NCBI GenBank assembly: GCA_045651685.1
Contig: JAZRSV010000019.1
Span: 9,794 to 73,793 of the forward strand
DNA length: 64,000 nt
Direction: 5' to 3'
DNA from: Clostridia bacterium
GTDB taxonomy: Bacteria; Bacillota; Clostridia; Christensenellales; UBA1242
Positions 10,129-18,914 of the stretch are shown here, in pieces. The notes under the pieces were generated by a model. That model searched no databases, was not told the DNA's origin, and was given only the letters and a program-made list of their open reading frames with translations. The number at the start of each line of letters is the position of its first letter. Position 1 is the first letter of the stretch. The translations under genes were made by a program, and so were the position numbers.

Positions 10129-11961
10129 ATGAACGGAGTTATTGAGCAAGAACAAACATACACTAGACCTAGCGGAGAAGAAGTTGTAGGTGATAGTAAA
10201 TATATTAGCAGTATTCGTGATGAGCAAAGTCGTGATATTATAGACAATTGCCGCATAGGCAACTATGATAGCAATGGCAACTATGCTATAGATCCAGAGA
10301 TTACAGCCGAGCTTATCGGTATGAACAAATGGATTTATCGCGAAACTCTAAAAAATGTGCTAAAAGACAATAAAAAAGAAATAGAACTTATTGTCAATAG
10401 CCGTTTGCCTCTTTTTGGCGATATGGAGTTTAGACTTGTTGTTGCCGAAACAAGCGCAAGACTATATCTTATCGAAGAAGTATTTAGAGAAGGCGGCGGA
10501 TATCTAGAAACATATGGCGAAAAAATAGCAGAGTATGTAAGTGACTCTACCGAAAAAGAAGATCTAGCTAGCATCTTTACTTTGTTTAATATTCGCATTA
10601 TCGAAGAAGACGAAGAAGACGATGGTAAAAAAGTTGACGAAGAAGACAGCAATATCGAAAAGTTGTTAGTTCGTAAAATTTATTTAAGTCTACTTGCAAA
10701 ACAACTAATTGACGAAACGGCTGCCGAAGAAAAAGCTATCTTTGACAAAATAGTAGCAATACTAAAAGAACAAGGTGGCGAGTACGGCAAGAGAGTATTA
10801 AAAAACTTTATCGACAGACTAGAGCGTAGACCAGAAGTTATGGGCATCAAAGATAAAAGTGGTTATAACAAAGCGCTTAACGACATGTTGATGGGTGCTA
10901 TCGAAGTTGTCACAACTGATGACGACATGAAAGATGATAAGATCAAAAAGATCTTTATAGATATCAATAATTTAAGAAACAATCACACTCAAGACAACAT
11001 TGACAAAGTCAAAAGAAACATAAGCCCAGATACTGTAAAAAAAGTATATGACAAAGTAAGAGGCGACAAAGCAAAATTGACATTGCAAGATGTGTCAAGA
11101 ATTATAGATGATACTCAAGACACTCTAAAAAAACCAGAAGGTGTCCGCAAGTCAAAACCTATACTAAAACAAGAGACAAGACAAGCCCTTCTAAAGCAAA
11201 CTCCAAAAAATGTTGTTGTAGAAGAAACTCATGAAAAACCAGCTGCAGCAGCTCTTAAAAAAGAGACTGCCGAACCAGTCAAAAAAGCTCCTGCAAAAAA
11301 ACCGGTTATCAAAAAAGAAGACAAAGCTCCTGTAAAAAAACCAGCCAAAGCTCCTACCAAGGTAGAAAAAGGTAAGGCAAAATCAGATTCTAAACCTAAA
11401 AAGAAAGTCGTTAAAGAACCTGCAAAACCTATCTTTGTTGCAGTACCACCAAAACAAGAGAAAAATCAAGATGGTGCTACTAAAGGTACAGGCAAAACAT
11501 TTGGTGCTAGCGAGGCTCCATACTTTACACCTTCTGCAAGTGCTATTTATGGTCCTGACGCAGAGCAACCAGCATTTACTTCTGGATCTATAGATTTGGG
11601 CAAAGACCCATTGGGACAATCAACTTTGGGTGGTGACAAAGCGTGGATTAACTCAATGCTTGAAAAAATGAAGAGCGAGCATATAGGCGACGCCATTAAT
11701 ACTATAAGAGACCAACTAGATGGTTTAGGGCCAATGGATCTACCTGGAGCCAACGATTGGCGAGGCCATGTCGAATCTCCAGACCACGAAGATATTTTTA
11801 GAAGCAGTCCTGGTGATACTAGTAATCCAGGAGTGCAACACGATTCTCCTTTTGGTGAATCGAAAGTCGAAACCAACGCTTTTGACCCTTCAAAAAAGAA
11901 TACTACTCAAACCTTTGGTTCAACAAGTTTTGAGCAAGATAATCCATTTGAACCAAGATAA
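10129..11961 (+). CDS. hypothetical protein (610 aa) with a central Lys/Pro/Ala-rich low-complexity region
   Basis: Own promoter, no TM segment. KKAPAKKPVIKKEDKAPVKKPAKAPTK histone-H1-like repeats. The flanking domains are unrecognised. Confidence 0.7.
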   Translation: MNGVIEQEQTYTRPSGEEVVGDSKYISSIRDEQSRDIIDNCRIGNYDSNGNYAIDPEITAELIGMNKWIYRETLKNVLKDNKKEIELIVNSRLPLFGDMEFRLVVAETSARLYLIEEVFREGGGYLETYGEKIAEYVSDSTEKEDLASIFTLFNIRIIEEDEEDDGKKVDEEDSNIEKLLVRKIYLSLLAKQLIDETAAEEKAIFDKIVAILKEQGGEYGKRVLKNFIDRLERRPEVMGIKDKSGYNKALNDMLMGAIEVVTTDDDMKDDKIKKIFIDINNLRNNHTQDNIDKVKRNISPDTVKKVYDKVRGDKAKLTLQDVSRIIDDTQDTLKKPEGVRKSKPILKQETRQALLKQTPKNVVVEETHEKPAAAALKKETAEPVKKAPAKKPVIKKEDKAPVKKPAKAPTKVEKGKAKSDSKPKKKVVKEPAKPIFVAVPPKQEKNQDGATKGTGKTFGASEAPYFTPSASAIYGPDAEQPAFTSGSIDLGKDPLGQSTLGGDKAWINSMLEKMKSEHIGDAINTIRDQLDGLGPMDLPGANDWRGHVESPDHEDIFRSSPGDTSNPGVQHDSPFGESKVETNAFDPSKKNTTQTFGSTSFEQDNPFEPR

Positions 11962-11991
11962 AAAATTATAAAAAAAACTAAAAATTCACTA

Positions 11992-12020
11992 TTGACTAGT
12001 CCAAACATGTATGTTAGAAT
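11992..12020 (+). promoter_or_regulatory. promoter (-35 TTGACT, 17-nt spacer, -10 TAGAAT)
   Basis: Read directly; an AGAGAGGA RBS follows. Confidence 0.5.
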
Positions 12021-12047
12021 TATTACATAAAAAGAGAGGAAAATGTT

Positions 12048-12599
12048 ATGGCAGAATTAGAAAACAAATACATCCCAATGCAAGGTTATGCTTCTTACAA
12101 TGTACCAGTAAGACCACCTAGAGTTGACAATGGTAGAGTAAGAACTCCAGAAGAAATCGAAGAAGGAACAAAAAACTTCCGTCACACATTTTATCTAGAT
12201 GAGACTGGCCATGTATACATTATACCTTCTATTGATGTAGATGGTAAATGGGTAGATGCATACTCTCCAACTGATGTTGTTAGAGCAGCTATGGGTGATC
12301 CAGAGGCAAAAGCAAAATTAGACAAATGCCGCAAGAGTCTAAAAGAATTTTATGGCAGAGATCTTATGTCTGACAAACTAATGCAAACTCTATATGATCA
12401 AGAAAAAGGCGAGCTAATCGCAGCTATCAATTCTGCTAGAGAAGAAGATGGTTTAGAGCCATTAGAAAACATCAGATTGCCAAAATCACCAAAGACAGCA
12501 ACTAACTTTACACCATCAGACCTAGCTAGAGTAGTAGCATCTGCAAAGACAGCAACTACACCAGCTCAAGGCACTGATCCAAAGCCACAACAACCATAA
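12048..12599 (+). CDS. hypothetical protein (183 aa)
   Basis: Good RBS and promoter; terminator at 12605. No recognisable family. Confidence 0.7.
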   Translation: MAELENKYIPMQGYASYNVPVRPPRVDNGRVRTPEEIEEGTKNFRHTFYLDETGHVYIIPSIDVDGKWVDAYSPTDVVRAAMGDPEAKAKLDKCRKSLKEFYGRDLMSDKLMQTLYDQEKGELIAAINSAREEDGLEPLENIRLPKSPKTATNFTPSDLARVVASAKTATTPAQGTDPKPQQP

Positions 12600-12604
12600 T
12601 ATTA

Positions 12605-12631
12605 AAAAGACATTTTATAATGTCTTTTTTT
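12605..12631 (+). terminator. rho-independent terminator
   Basis: AAGACATT/AATGTCTT hairpin plus T7. Confidence 0.8.
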
Positions 12632-12673
12632 AATTTTTGTCCAAAAAAACTAGGCAAAAATTCAAAAAAAAGG

Positions 12674-12702
12674 TTGACATACGGCGAGGTGTATGTTAAA
12701 CT
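12674..12702 (+). promoter_or_regulatory. promoter (-35 TTGACA, 17-nt spacer, extended -10 TGnTAAACT) preceded by an A-tract
   Basis: Read directly upstream of rpmG. Confidence 0.5.
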
Positions 12703-12754
12703 CTTATCAGCACTCATAGATTTGGGTGTTAATTTTTTGAGAAGGTTAATTTTT

Positions 12755-12904
12755 ATGAGAACTAAAATCACATTAGCATGTACAGAATGTAAACAAAGAA
12801 ATTACGACAATATGAAAAACAAGAAAAATGACCCAGACAGAATTGAAATGAGCAAATACTGCAAATTCTGCAAAAAACACACTGTTCACAAAGAAACAAA
12901 GTAA
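12755..12904 (+). CDS. rpmG: 50S ribosomal protein L33, zinc-ribbon form
   Basis: [17 protein letters not shown]...[14 protein letters not shown]; GAAGG RBS. The in-frame upstream extension in the ORF track was rejected. Confidence 0.9.
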   Translation: MRTKITLACTECKQRNYDNMKNKKNDPDRIEMSKYCKFCKKHTVHKETK

Positions 12905-12927
12905 TAGTCGATAGGGGGAATTTTTTA

Positions 12928-13254
12928 ATGGCACAAGACCAAAAAAATACTACCGAAGTTAGCCCAAAAGAGCAAAAGCGTCTTATAAAGCAAGCAGAAA
13001 AAGAGCAAGCTAAAAAAGAAAAAGAACAAGCTAAAGCAAAAAAGGCTAAAAAGAAAGAAAAGAAAACAAACAAACTTGTAAAGAAAATGAAAGAGACTGG
13101 TTCAGAACTAAAAAAAGTTACCTGGCCTAGTTTTTCTACGGTTGTAAAGAGCACAGGTATTGTTCTTGCGTTCGTTGCAGCTTCACTTGTTGTGTTGTTT
13201 GGTTTCGAAACATTGCTTGGACTATTGTACGATGTGTTTACCAAAACTCTATAA
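12928..13254 (+). CDS. secE: preprotein translocase subunit SecE with a Lys-rich N-terminal extension
   Basis: C-terminal LKKVTWPS + TM helix is typical SecE, and it sits in the conserved position before nusG. Confidence 0.85.
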   Translation: MAQDQKNTTEVSPKEQKRLIKQAEKEQAKKEKEQAKAKKAKKKEKKTNKLVKKMKETGSELKKVTWPSFSTVVKSTGIVLAFVAASLVVLFGFETLLGLLYDVFTKTL

Positions 13255-13287
13255 GAGTGATATTTTAATTTAGAGGGTTTTTGTTTA

Positions 13288-13809
13288 ATGGAAAATAATG
13301 AAGCAAAATGGTATGTTTTGCATACACTTTCTGGTTACGAAAATGTTGCAAAAACTAACCTAGAAATGGTTGTCAAAAAATACAATATGGAAGATCGTGT
13401 TTTCGATATCATTATTCCTGTAGAAGAAACTATCGAAGAACGCAATGGCAAGAAAAAACTTGTTCAACACAAGTTGTTGCCAAGTTATATTGTTGTAAAA
13501 ATGATATATGGTGATGACCTATGGCACAATATTACCCGTACTCGTGGTATTACTGGTTTTGTTGGCCCTATGGGTAGAGCATTGCCACTTACTGATGACG
13601 AAGTTCGCAGATTGCATCTAGAAAAAATCGTTGTAGATGTAGACTTGCGTCCAAACGACAAAATCGAAGTTATCGACGGTGTGCTTACAGGCAGCGTTGG
13701 TACAGTTATTTCTGTCGACATCGAAAACGCTAAACTAAAAGCAAATGTAGAGATGTTTGGTCGTGATACACCAGTTGATCTTGCTTTTAGCGAAGTAAGA
13801 AAAATTTAA
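13288..13809 (+). CDS. nusG: transcription termination/antitermination factor NusG
   Basis: WYVLHT...NGN domain plus C-terminal KOW; conserved synteny. Confidence 0.95.
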   Translation: MENNEAKWYVLHTLSGYENVAKTNLEMVVKKYNMEDRVFDIIIPVEETIEERNGKKKLVQHKLLPSYIVVKMIYGDDLWHNITRTRGITGFVGPMGRALPLTDDEVRRLHLEKIVVDVDLRPNDKIEVIDGVLTGSVGTVISVDIENAKLKANVEMFGRDTPVDLAFSEVRKI

Positions 13810-13852
13810 TTTTTTGGTACACCCAAAGACATATTATTGTTTTTGTTTGTAT

Positions 13853-13864
13853 ATAGTGGGAGAA
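13853..13864 (+). promoter_or_regulatory. ATAGTGGGAGAA motif in the rplK leader (possible L1 autoregulatory site)
   Basis: The same 12-mer recurs at 14356-14367 just upstream of rplA. Confidence 0.25.
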
Positions 13865-13918
13865 TTGTAAATCTTATCAATGCAATTCGCTTAAACCACA
13901 CGAGGAGGATAATTTATT

Positions 13919-14350
13919 ATGGCTGTTAACAAAAAAATTAGTGCTGTTGTTAAATTACAACTTCCTGCAGGTAAAGCAACACCGGGACCACCAGTAGGTT
14001 CTTCTCTTGGACCTCACGGTATCAATATCGCCGGTTTTACTAAGGAATTCAATGACAAAACAGCAAGTCAAGCAGGTCTTATCATACCAGTAGTTATTAC
14101 TATTTATGCTGACCGTACTTTTGACTTTGTATTGAAAACCCCACCAGCAGCAGTTTTAATTAAAAAAGCATGCAATATCGAAAGTGGTTCTGCAAAACCT
14201 AACAAGACCAAAGTTGCAACTATCACTATGGCTCAAGTTAAAGAAATCGCAGAATTAAAAATGCCAGACTTAAATGCTGCAAACCTTGACAGTGCAATCA
14301 GTATGATTAAAGGCTCTGCAAGAAGTATGGGCGTTACAGTCGTTGACTAA
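13919..14350 (+). CDS. rplK: 50S ribosomal protein L11
   Basis: [27 protein letters not shown]. Confidence 0.95.
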   Translation: MAVNKKISAVVKLQLPAGKATPGPPVGSSLGPHGINIAGFTKEFNDKTASQAGLIIPVVITIYADRTFDFVLKTPPAAVLIKKACNIESGSAKPNKTKVATITMAQVKEIAELKMPDLNAANLDSAISMIKGSARSMGVTVVD

Positions 14351-14355
14351 TTTTA

Positions 14356-14367
14356 ATAGTGGGAGAA
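14356..14367 (+). promoter_or_regulatory. second copy of the ATAGTGGGAGAA motif (possible L1 binding site)
   Basis: Lies in the rplK-rplA intergenic region. Confidence 0.25.
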
Positions 14368-14402
14368 CTATTTAGAGTTCAATATCACCACAGGAGGTAA
14401 AA

Positions 14403-15095
14403 ATGAAAGTAGGAAAAAGATATAAAGAATGCGTTCAAGCTTTTGATAAAACTCAAACTTACGAACAAAAAGACGCTCTTGATATCGTTGTTAAAAACGC
14501 TAAAGCAAAGTTTGACGAAACAGTTGAACTTCACATCAAGCTTGGTGTTGACGGTAGAAATGCAGACCAACAAGTTAGAGGTACAGTAGTACTTCCAGCT
14601 GGTACTGGTAAGAGTGTTAAAGTTTTGGTTATCGCTAAAGGCGACAAAGCTGATGACGCAACAAAAGCAGGCGCTGATGTAGTTGGCGCTGAAGATGTTA
14701 TTGCAAAAATCCAAGGCGGTTGGTTAGATTTTGATGTATGTATCACAACACCTGATATGATGGGTCTTGTTGGTCGTATCGCAAAAGTTCTTGGACCAAG
14801 AGGTTTAATGCCAAATCCAAAGAGCGGTACCGTTACTATGGATGTTAAAAAAGCAATCAGCGATGTTAAAGCTGGTAAAGTTGAGTACAGACTTGACAAA
14901 AACAACATCATCCACGTAGCTATTGGTAAAGCAAGTTTTGGTACAGAAAAGTTATTAGAAAACTTCGAAGCTCTTATGGGCGCAGTTATCAAAGCTAAAC
15001 CAGCAGCAGCTAAAGGTACATATCTTCGCAGCGTAACAGTTGCAAGCACTATGGGCCCTGGCGTAAAAGTTGCCTACAAAGCAGCAACACTATAA
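14403..15095 (+). CDS. rplA: 50S ribosomal protein L1
   Basis: MKVGKRYKE...VVLPAGTGK. Confidence 0.95.
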   Translation: MKVGKRYKECVQAFDKTQTYEQKDALDIVVKNAKAKFDETVELHIKLGVDGRNADQQVRGTVVLPAGTGKSVKVLVIAKGDKADDATKAGADVVGAEDVIAKIQGGWLDFDVCITTPDMMGLVGRIAKVLGPRGLMPNPKSGTVTMDVKKAISDVKAGKVEYRLDKNNIIHVAIGKASFGTEKLLENFEALMGAVIKAKPAAAKGTYLRSVTVASTMGPGVKVAYKAATL

Positions 15096-15103
15096 TTGAT
15101 ATA

Positions 15104-15137
15104 AAAAAACAACCTAAACTTTAGGTTGTTTTTTTTG
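15104..15137 (+). terminator. rho-independent terminator
   Basis: CAACCTAAA/TTTAGGTTG hairpin plus T8. Confidence 0.8.
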
Positions 15138-15205
15138 TGGCAAAAATTGGCTATTTTAATTTTGTTTTTTGTATGATATAATATAGTATATTAAAAAATA
15201 GTTAG

Positions 15206-15784
15206 GTGAGTATGAGAGTTTATAGATATTTAGATGAAGTAGAATTAGCTTGTTTTGAAAAAGGAGACTTGGAGAATGTTGGAGCAACATATCCAAGAAG
15301 GGTAGATAGCAACTCGCACAGGTATCAATCAGGTGTAAAATATATACACTTTTTTAGAGATTTAGATGACTTACAGTATATCAGAGCTACAAAGAGAGAA
15401 AGTGATTCTGCATATTTTATATGCCAGTTTAACATAGATCCAATTACTCTTATCAAAAATGCTGGTGTAGGGTACTATGAGGCAAGAGGATATGATATGG
15501 ATACTGCTAAAGTTAGAGAGTTTGCTATACCAGTTAGCGAGATTAAACCTGATAATTTAACTTTTTATATCAGAGATAAAGACAAGGCAATTACTGGTCA
15601 AGAAGCATACAGCAGGTTTGAATCTAAAAGATGTTCTATGCCGACCAATAAGTATAATCTTTGCGAACAAGATGAAACTATTCAAGAAGAAGAGCAAGAA
15701 GAAGAGCAAGAAGATGTTTATGAAGAGCCAGATCTAAAAACAAAGATAGATTCGCTAATGAAAATTGACGATGTCTGTTTTTAA
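15206..15784 (+). CDS. hypothetical protein (192 aa) with an acidic C-terminal tail, inserted between rplA and rplJ
   Basis: Own extended -10 promoter (TGATATAAT) after the rplA terminator. C-terminus EEEQEEEQEDVYEEPDL. Confidence 0.65.
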   Translation: MSMRVYRYLDEVELACFEKGDLENVGATYPRRVDSNSHRYQSGVKYIHFFRDLDDLQYIRATKRESDSAYFICQFNIDPITLIKNAGVGYYEARGYDMDTAKVREFAIPVSEIKPDNLTFYIRDKDKAITGQEAYSRFESKRCSMPTNKYNLCEQDETIQEEEQEEEQEDVYEEPDLKTKIDSLMKIDDVCF

Positions 15785-15909
15785 TAACATCTATTTATAA
15801 TTATCAATAGAATAAGTGGGGGTAATATATAAAATTAAAACTATATATCCACTTATTTTTTTGTTATATTTTTAGGCAATAAAAGCCCAAAAATTTTTTA
15901 CAAAAGTAG

Positions 15910-15937
15910 TTGACAATATTATTTATTGTGGTATAAT
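15910..15937 (+). promoter_or_regulatory. promoter for rplJL (-35 TTGACA, extended -10 TGnTATAAT)
   Basis: Read directly. Confidence 0.6.
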
Positions 15938-16084
15938 AACATCGTTAAATTAAATCTTCTGCCTAAGACAGCAAGTGGATTTTTCCATAAATCTTGCCGA
16001 GGTAAGTTATAAGTTTGTTAAGTCACCTTATGCTTATTTTCGGCATAAGGTTTTTTTTAGCAAATTTTTAACAGGAGGATAATC
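15938..16084 (+). promoter_or_regulatory. rplJ 5' leader (L10-leader-like autoregulatory region)
   Basis: A 145-nt structured leader ending in an attenuator hairpin; Firmicutes L10 leaders act by L10(L12)4-dependent attenuation. Confidence 0.5.
16024..16058 (+). terminator. leader attenuator hairpin
   Basis: CCTTATGC...GCATAAGG stem followed by T8, 25 nt before the rplJ start. Confidence 0.6.
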
Positions 16085-16576
16085 GTGAGCGCTAATCTTA
16101 CAGCAAAAAAAGAAATTGTTGAAGAAATCAAATCAAGACTTACTAATGCAAAGAGTGTTGTATTTGTAGAATACAAAGGTATCAATGTAGAACAAGACAC
16201 AGCACTTCGTAAAGCTTTTAGAGAAAGTGGTGTAGAATACAAAGTTTACAAAAACCGTCTTTTAGTAAAAGCATTAGAAGAACTTGGCATTAAAGATTAT
16301 GATGCAAAATTATTAGAAGGCACTACATCTGTTGCTTTTGCACAAGACGAAGTTGCTGCTGCATCAGTTTTAATGAAAAAATCTAAAGAATTCGACAATA
16401 TCTTAAAACCAAAATTTGGTATACTAGAAGGTCAAATTATTGACGTAGATAAAGTAGTAGCATTGTCTAAGATCCCATCTAAAGATGTTCTTATCGCTAT
16501 GCTTATGGGTATGCTTAAAGCCCCAGTTTCTGCACTTGCTCGTGCACTTAACGAAATTGCAAAAAAAGCAAACTAA
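16085..16576 (+). CDS. rplJ: 50S ribosomal protein L10
   Basis: GTG start after an AGGAGG RBS; L10 family pattern. Confidence 0.95.
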   Translation: MSANLTAKKEIVEEIKSRLTNAKSVVFVEYKGINVEQDTALRKAFRESGVEYKVYKNRLLVKALEELGIKDYDAKLLEGTTSVAFAQDEVAAASVLMKKSKEFDNILKPKFGILEGQIIDVDKVVALSKIPSKDVLIAMLMGMLKAPVSALARALNEIAKKAN

Positions 16577-16623
16577 TTATTAAATAAAAAATTAAATTAA
16601 ACAAAATTAAGGAGAATAAAAAA

Positions 16624-16995
16624 ATGGCAGATTTAAATAAAATCGTTGAAGAAATCAAAACACTTTCTGTTATGGAAGTTGCTGATTTAGTTAAAATGTT
16701 AGAAGAAGAATTTGGAGTAAGCGCAGCAGCAGCAGTAGCAGCTCCAGTAGCAGGCGGCGCAGCAGAAGCAGCAGCTGAAGAAAAATCAGAATTTACAGTA
16801 GCTCTTAAAGAAGTTGGCGCTAACAAAATCGCAGTTATCAAAGTTGTTAGAGAAATCACTGGTCTTGGTCTATCTGAAGCTAAAGCTTTGGTTGACGGTG
16901 CACCTTCAACAGTTAAAGAAAATGTTCCTGCAGAACAAGCTAAAGAAATGGAAGCTAAATTGAAAGAAGCAGGCGCAACTGTAGAACTTAAGTAA
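16624..16995 (+). CDS. rplL: 50S ribosomal protein L7/L12
   Basis: [24 protein letters not shown]...Ala-rich hinge...C-terminal domain. Confidence 0.95.
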   Translation: MADLNKIVEEIKTLSVMEVADLVKMLEEEFGVSAAAAVAAPVAGGAAEAAAEEKSEFTVALKEVGANKIAVIKVVREITGLGLSEAKALVDGAPSTVKENVPAEQAKEMEAKLKEAGATVELK

Positions 16996-17023
16996 TTTTA
17001 GAAAAGTTTACAAGTTATCCTAC

Positions 17024-17056
17024 CAAAAAAAGCACAAAGTATTTTGTGCTTTTTTT
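17024..17056 (+). terminator. rho-independent terminator
   Basis: GCACAAA/TTTGTGC hairpin plus T9. Confidence 0.8.
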
Positions 17057-17095
17057 ATTTTATGTTATATTATACATGACAAAGGAGATTTTGTT

Positions 17096-18136
17096 ATGGC
17101 AGCTAAAAAGAAATTCTTAACAGAAAAAGATTTGTATATAGAGCAACCAACTCAAGATCAAGATGGCAAGTTGCGTCCAGAAGCAGAAGAGATGGTTGAT
17201 AGAATAGAAAGAATATTATTGCAACCTACATGTGCGCCTACAGCTACTGCAGCTCCAAAAAATTTGCAAGCAGCTAGCGCTCAAATGGCTGATTGGAGAA
17301 AGAACCACGCAGCTTATAAAAAAGCAAATATAGAATATCTAAAAACAACACTTACCGAAAATCCTGCATTGCTATTAGCTCCAGGTCAAGAGATATTTGT
17401 TGAGTTGTCTTTTGCAGCTTTTGGTGAGCATCCAGACGCTGATATGCGTTCGGTTATGAAAACTTTACTTAAAGATCCTCAAGTTCTAGAGACAGTTAGA
17501 CAAATTGATGATATTGCATTTGACTTGTCTGCTTATGGTCATTACGAACCACTAAAAGTATTAATGAAAGATAAAGACTTTGTAAAAGGCGCTTTTTCTT
17601 CTGTTGATACAAGTATTGTTGGCAATGCACTTTTGCATCATGGTTCTAAAGTTGCCAACGGCAGAGCTAAAGAAGGTGACCAAGAAAGTGTTATGGACAT
17701 CTTGGGTATCGTATTAAAAGATAAAGAACTTCGCACACAACTAAATCCAGATGATGAGACTGTTTTGTACGAATGTGCTAGATATGGCAATACACAAGCT
17801 TTTGCCGAAGCTATAAAGTATGATGATTTGAGATTGTATCAAAATGATGATGGCAAAAATATTGCTGTCGAAGTTGCTTGGTTATTAAACGGTGCAAGAC
17901 AAATGAATACCGACCCAGAAAAGAAAGCAATGCAAATAGCTGCACTAGAAGGCTGCTTAAAAGAATGTGCAAAGTACGAAGACCTTGTTGCTCAACCTAC
18001 AAGCACATATAGCTTTGAAGAACAAAAACCTTTTGCAGAGGTTGTTGTAGAAAAGAAATATCTAACTCAAAAAGAGCTAGCTGCACTTATGCAACCAGCT
18101 GCTGCTCACGAAGCTACCGAAGCTTTGCCAGTATAA
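17096..18136 (+). CDS. hypothetical protein (346 aa), possibly with ankyrin-like repeats
   Basis: Segments VGNALLHHGSKVANG... and DETVLYECARYGNTQAFAEAIKY... weakly resemble the ankyrin consensus. It occupies the position where rpoB normally follows rplL. Confidence 0.65.
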   Translation: MAAKKKFLTEKDLYIEQPTQDQDGKLRPEAEEMVDRIERILLQPTCAPTATAAPKNLQAASAQMADWRKNHAAYKKANIEYLKTTLTENPALLLAPGQEIFVELSFAAFGEHPDADMRSVMKTLLKDPQVLETVRQIDDIAFDLSAYGHYEPLKVLMKDKDFVKGAFSSVDTSIVGNALLHHGSKVANGRAKEGDQESVMDILGIVLKDKELRTQLNPDDETVLYECARYGNTQAFAEAIKYDDLRLYQNDDGKNIAVEVAWLLNGARQMNTDPEKKAMQIAALEGCLKECAKYEDLVAQPTSTYSFEEQKPFAEVVVEKKYLTQKELAALMQPAAAHEATEALPV

Positions 18137-18152
18137 TAATTATTGATAAAAT

Positions 18153-18188
18153 AAAAAAAGAATTGGATTATTCCAATTCTTTTTTTTA
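18153..18188. terminator. bidirectional terminator between convergent genes
   Basis: AAGAATTGGA/TCCAATTCTT hairpin flanked by A-run and T-run. Confidence 0.75.
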
Positions 18189-18905
18189 TTAATCTCGATC
18201 TCGATATTTTAATATTACCAAAACAAATCTTAATAAGTTTAATAAAGATACAAGCAATGCTGCTACATAAGTGCTTGCAGCTGCGCTCAATACTTTTTTT
18301 GCGCCTACTAATTCGTCTTGTTCTAGAGCACCAGTTTCTCTTAATAATACTATTGCTCTGTTAGATGCATTAAACTCAACTGGTAGGGTAATTAGGTTAA
18401 CTAATACAGAACCACCAAATACTGCTACACCAGACCACAAAAATATGTTTCCAATCAAACCTTCGCCAGCACCCAAGTTTAGTATCAAACCAACAATAAC
18501 CAATGGCCATAGTAAATTGGATACTATATTAGTTATTGGTATAAGTACAAGTCTTATTTTTAGTGGAGCATAATTTTTTTGATGTTGCAATGCATGGCCA
18601 AACTCATGACATGCTATACCTAAAGCAGATATTGATGTTGAGTTGTATACCTCACTAGACAACGCTAATGTTTTTGTTCTTGGATCATAATGATCACTTA
18701 ATGTTCCAGATGTTTGAGTAATTTTTACATCGTGCATACCAGCTGCAGATACTAGGCGTTGCATCAACTCTCTAGCTGTTAGACCACATCTTGCTGGTAT
18801 TTCGTTATATTTGTTATAAGTTGTATTAACTTTTATTTGGGCTACTAGTGCAATAAGTACTGCAGGCAGTAGTATGATACCCATTAAATAATATTCCCAG
18901 TACAT
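18189..18905 (-). CDS. membrane zinc metallopeptidase, YugP/Zn_peptidase_2-like
   Basis: HEFGHALQH (HExxH) motif, N-terminal TM and C-terminal TM helices. Confidence 0.8.
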   Translation of the reverse strand: MYWEYYLMGIILLPAVLIALVAQIKVNTTYNKYNEIPARCGLTARELMQRLVSAAGMHDVKITQTSGTLSDHYDPRTKTLALSSEVYNSTSISALGIACHEFGHALQHQKNYAPLKIRLVLIPITNIVSNLLWPLVIVGLILNLGAGEGLIGNIFLWSGVAVFGGSVLVNLITLPVEFNASNRAIVLLRETGALEQDELVGAKKVLSAAASTYVAALLVSLLNLLRFVLVILKYRDRD

Positions 18906-18914
18906 AAACTTCTC

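Noticed and set aside
12620-12754. In-frame N-terminal extension of the rpmG ORF (track start 12620)
   Set aside because: The extension contains the rpmG promoter. L33 begins at the [15 protein letters not shown] at 12755, which has a GAAGG RBS.
14531-15049. 172-aa minus-strand ORF antisense to rplA
   Set aside because: It is fully embedded antisense within a highly conserved r-protein gene and has Ala/Pro/Ser-rich low-complexity composition typical of antisense frames. The same applies to the ORFs at 1900-2094, 2842-3051, 36619-37038, 59078-59374, 16548-16859 and 8945-9316.
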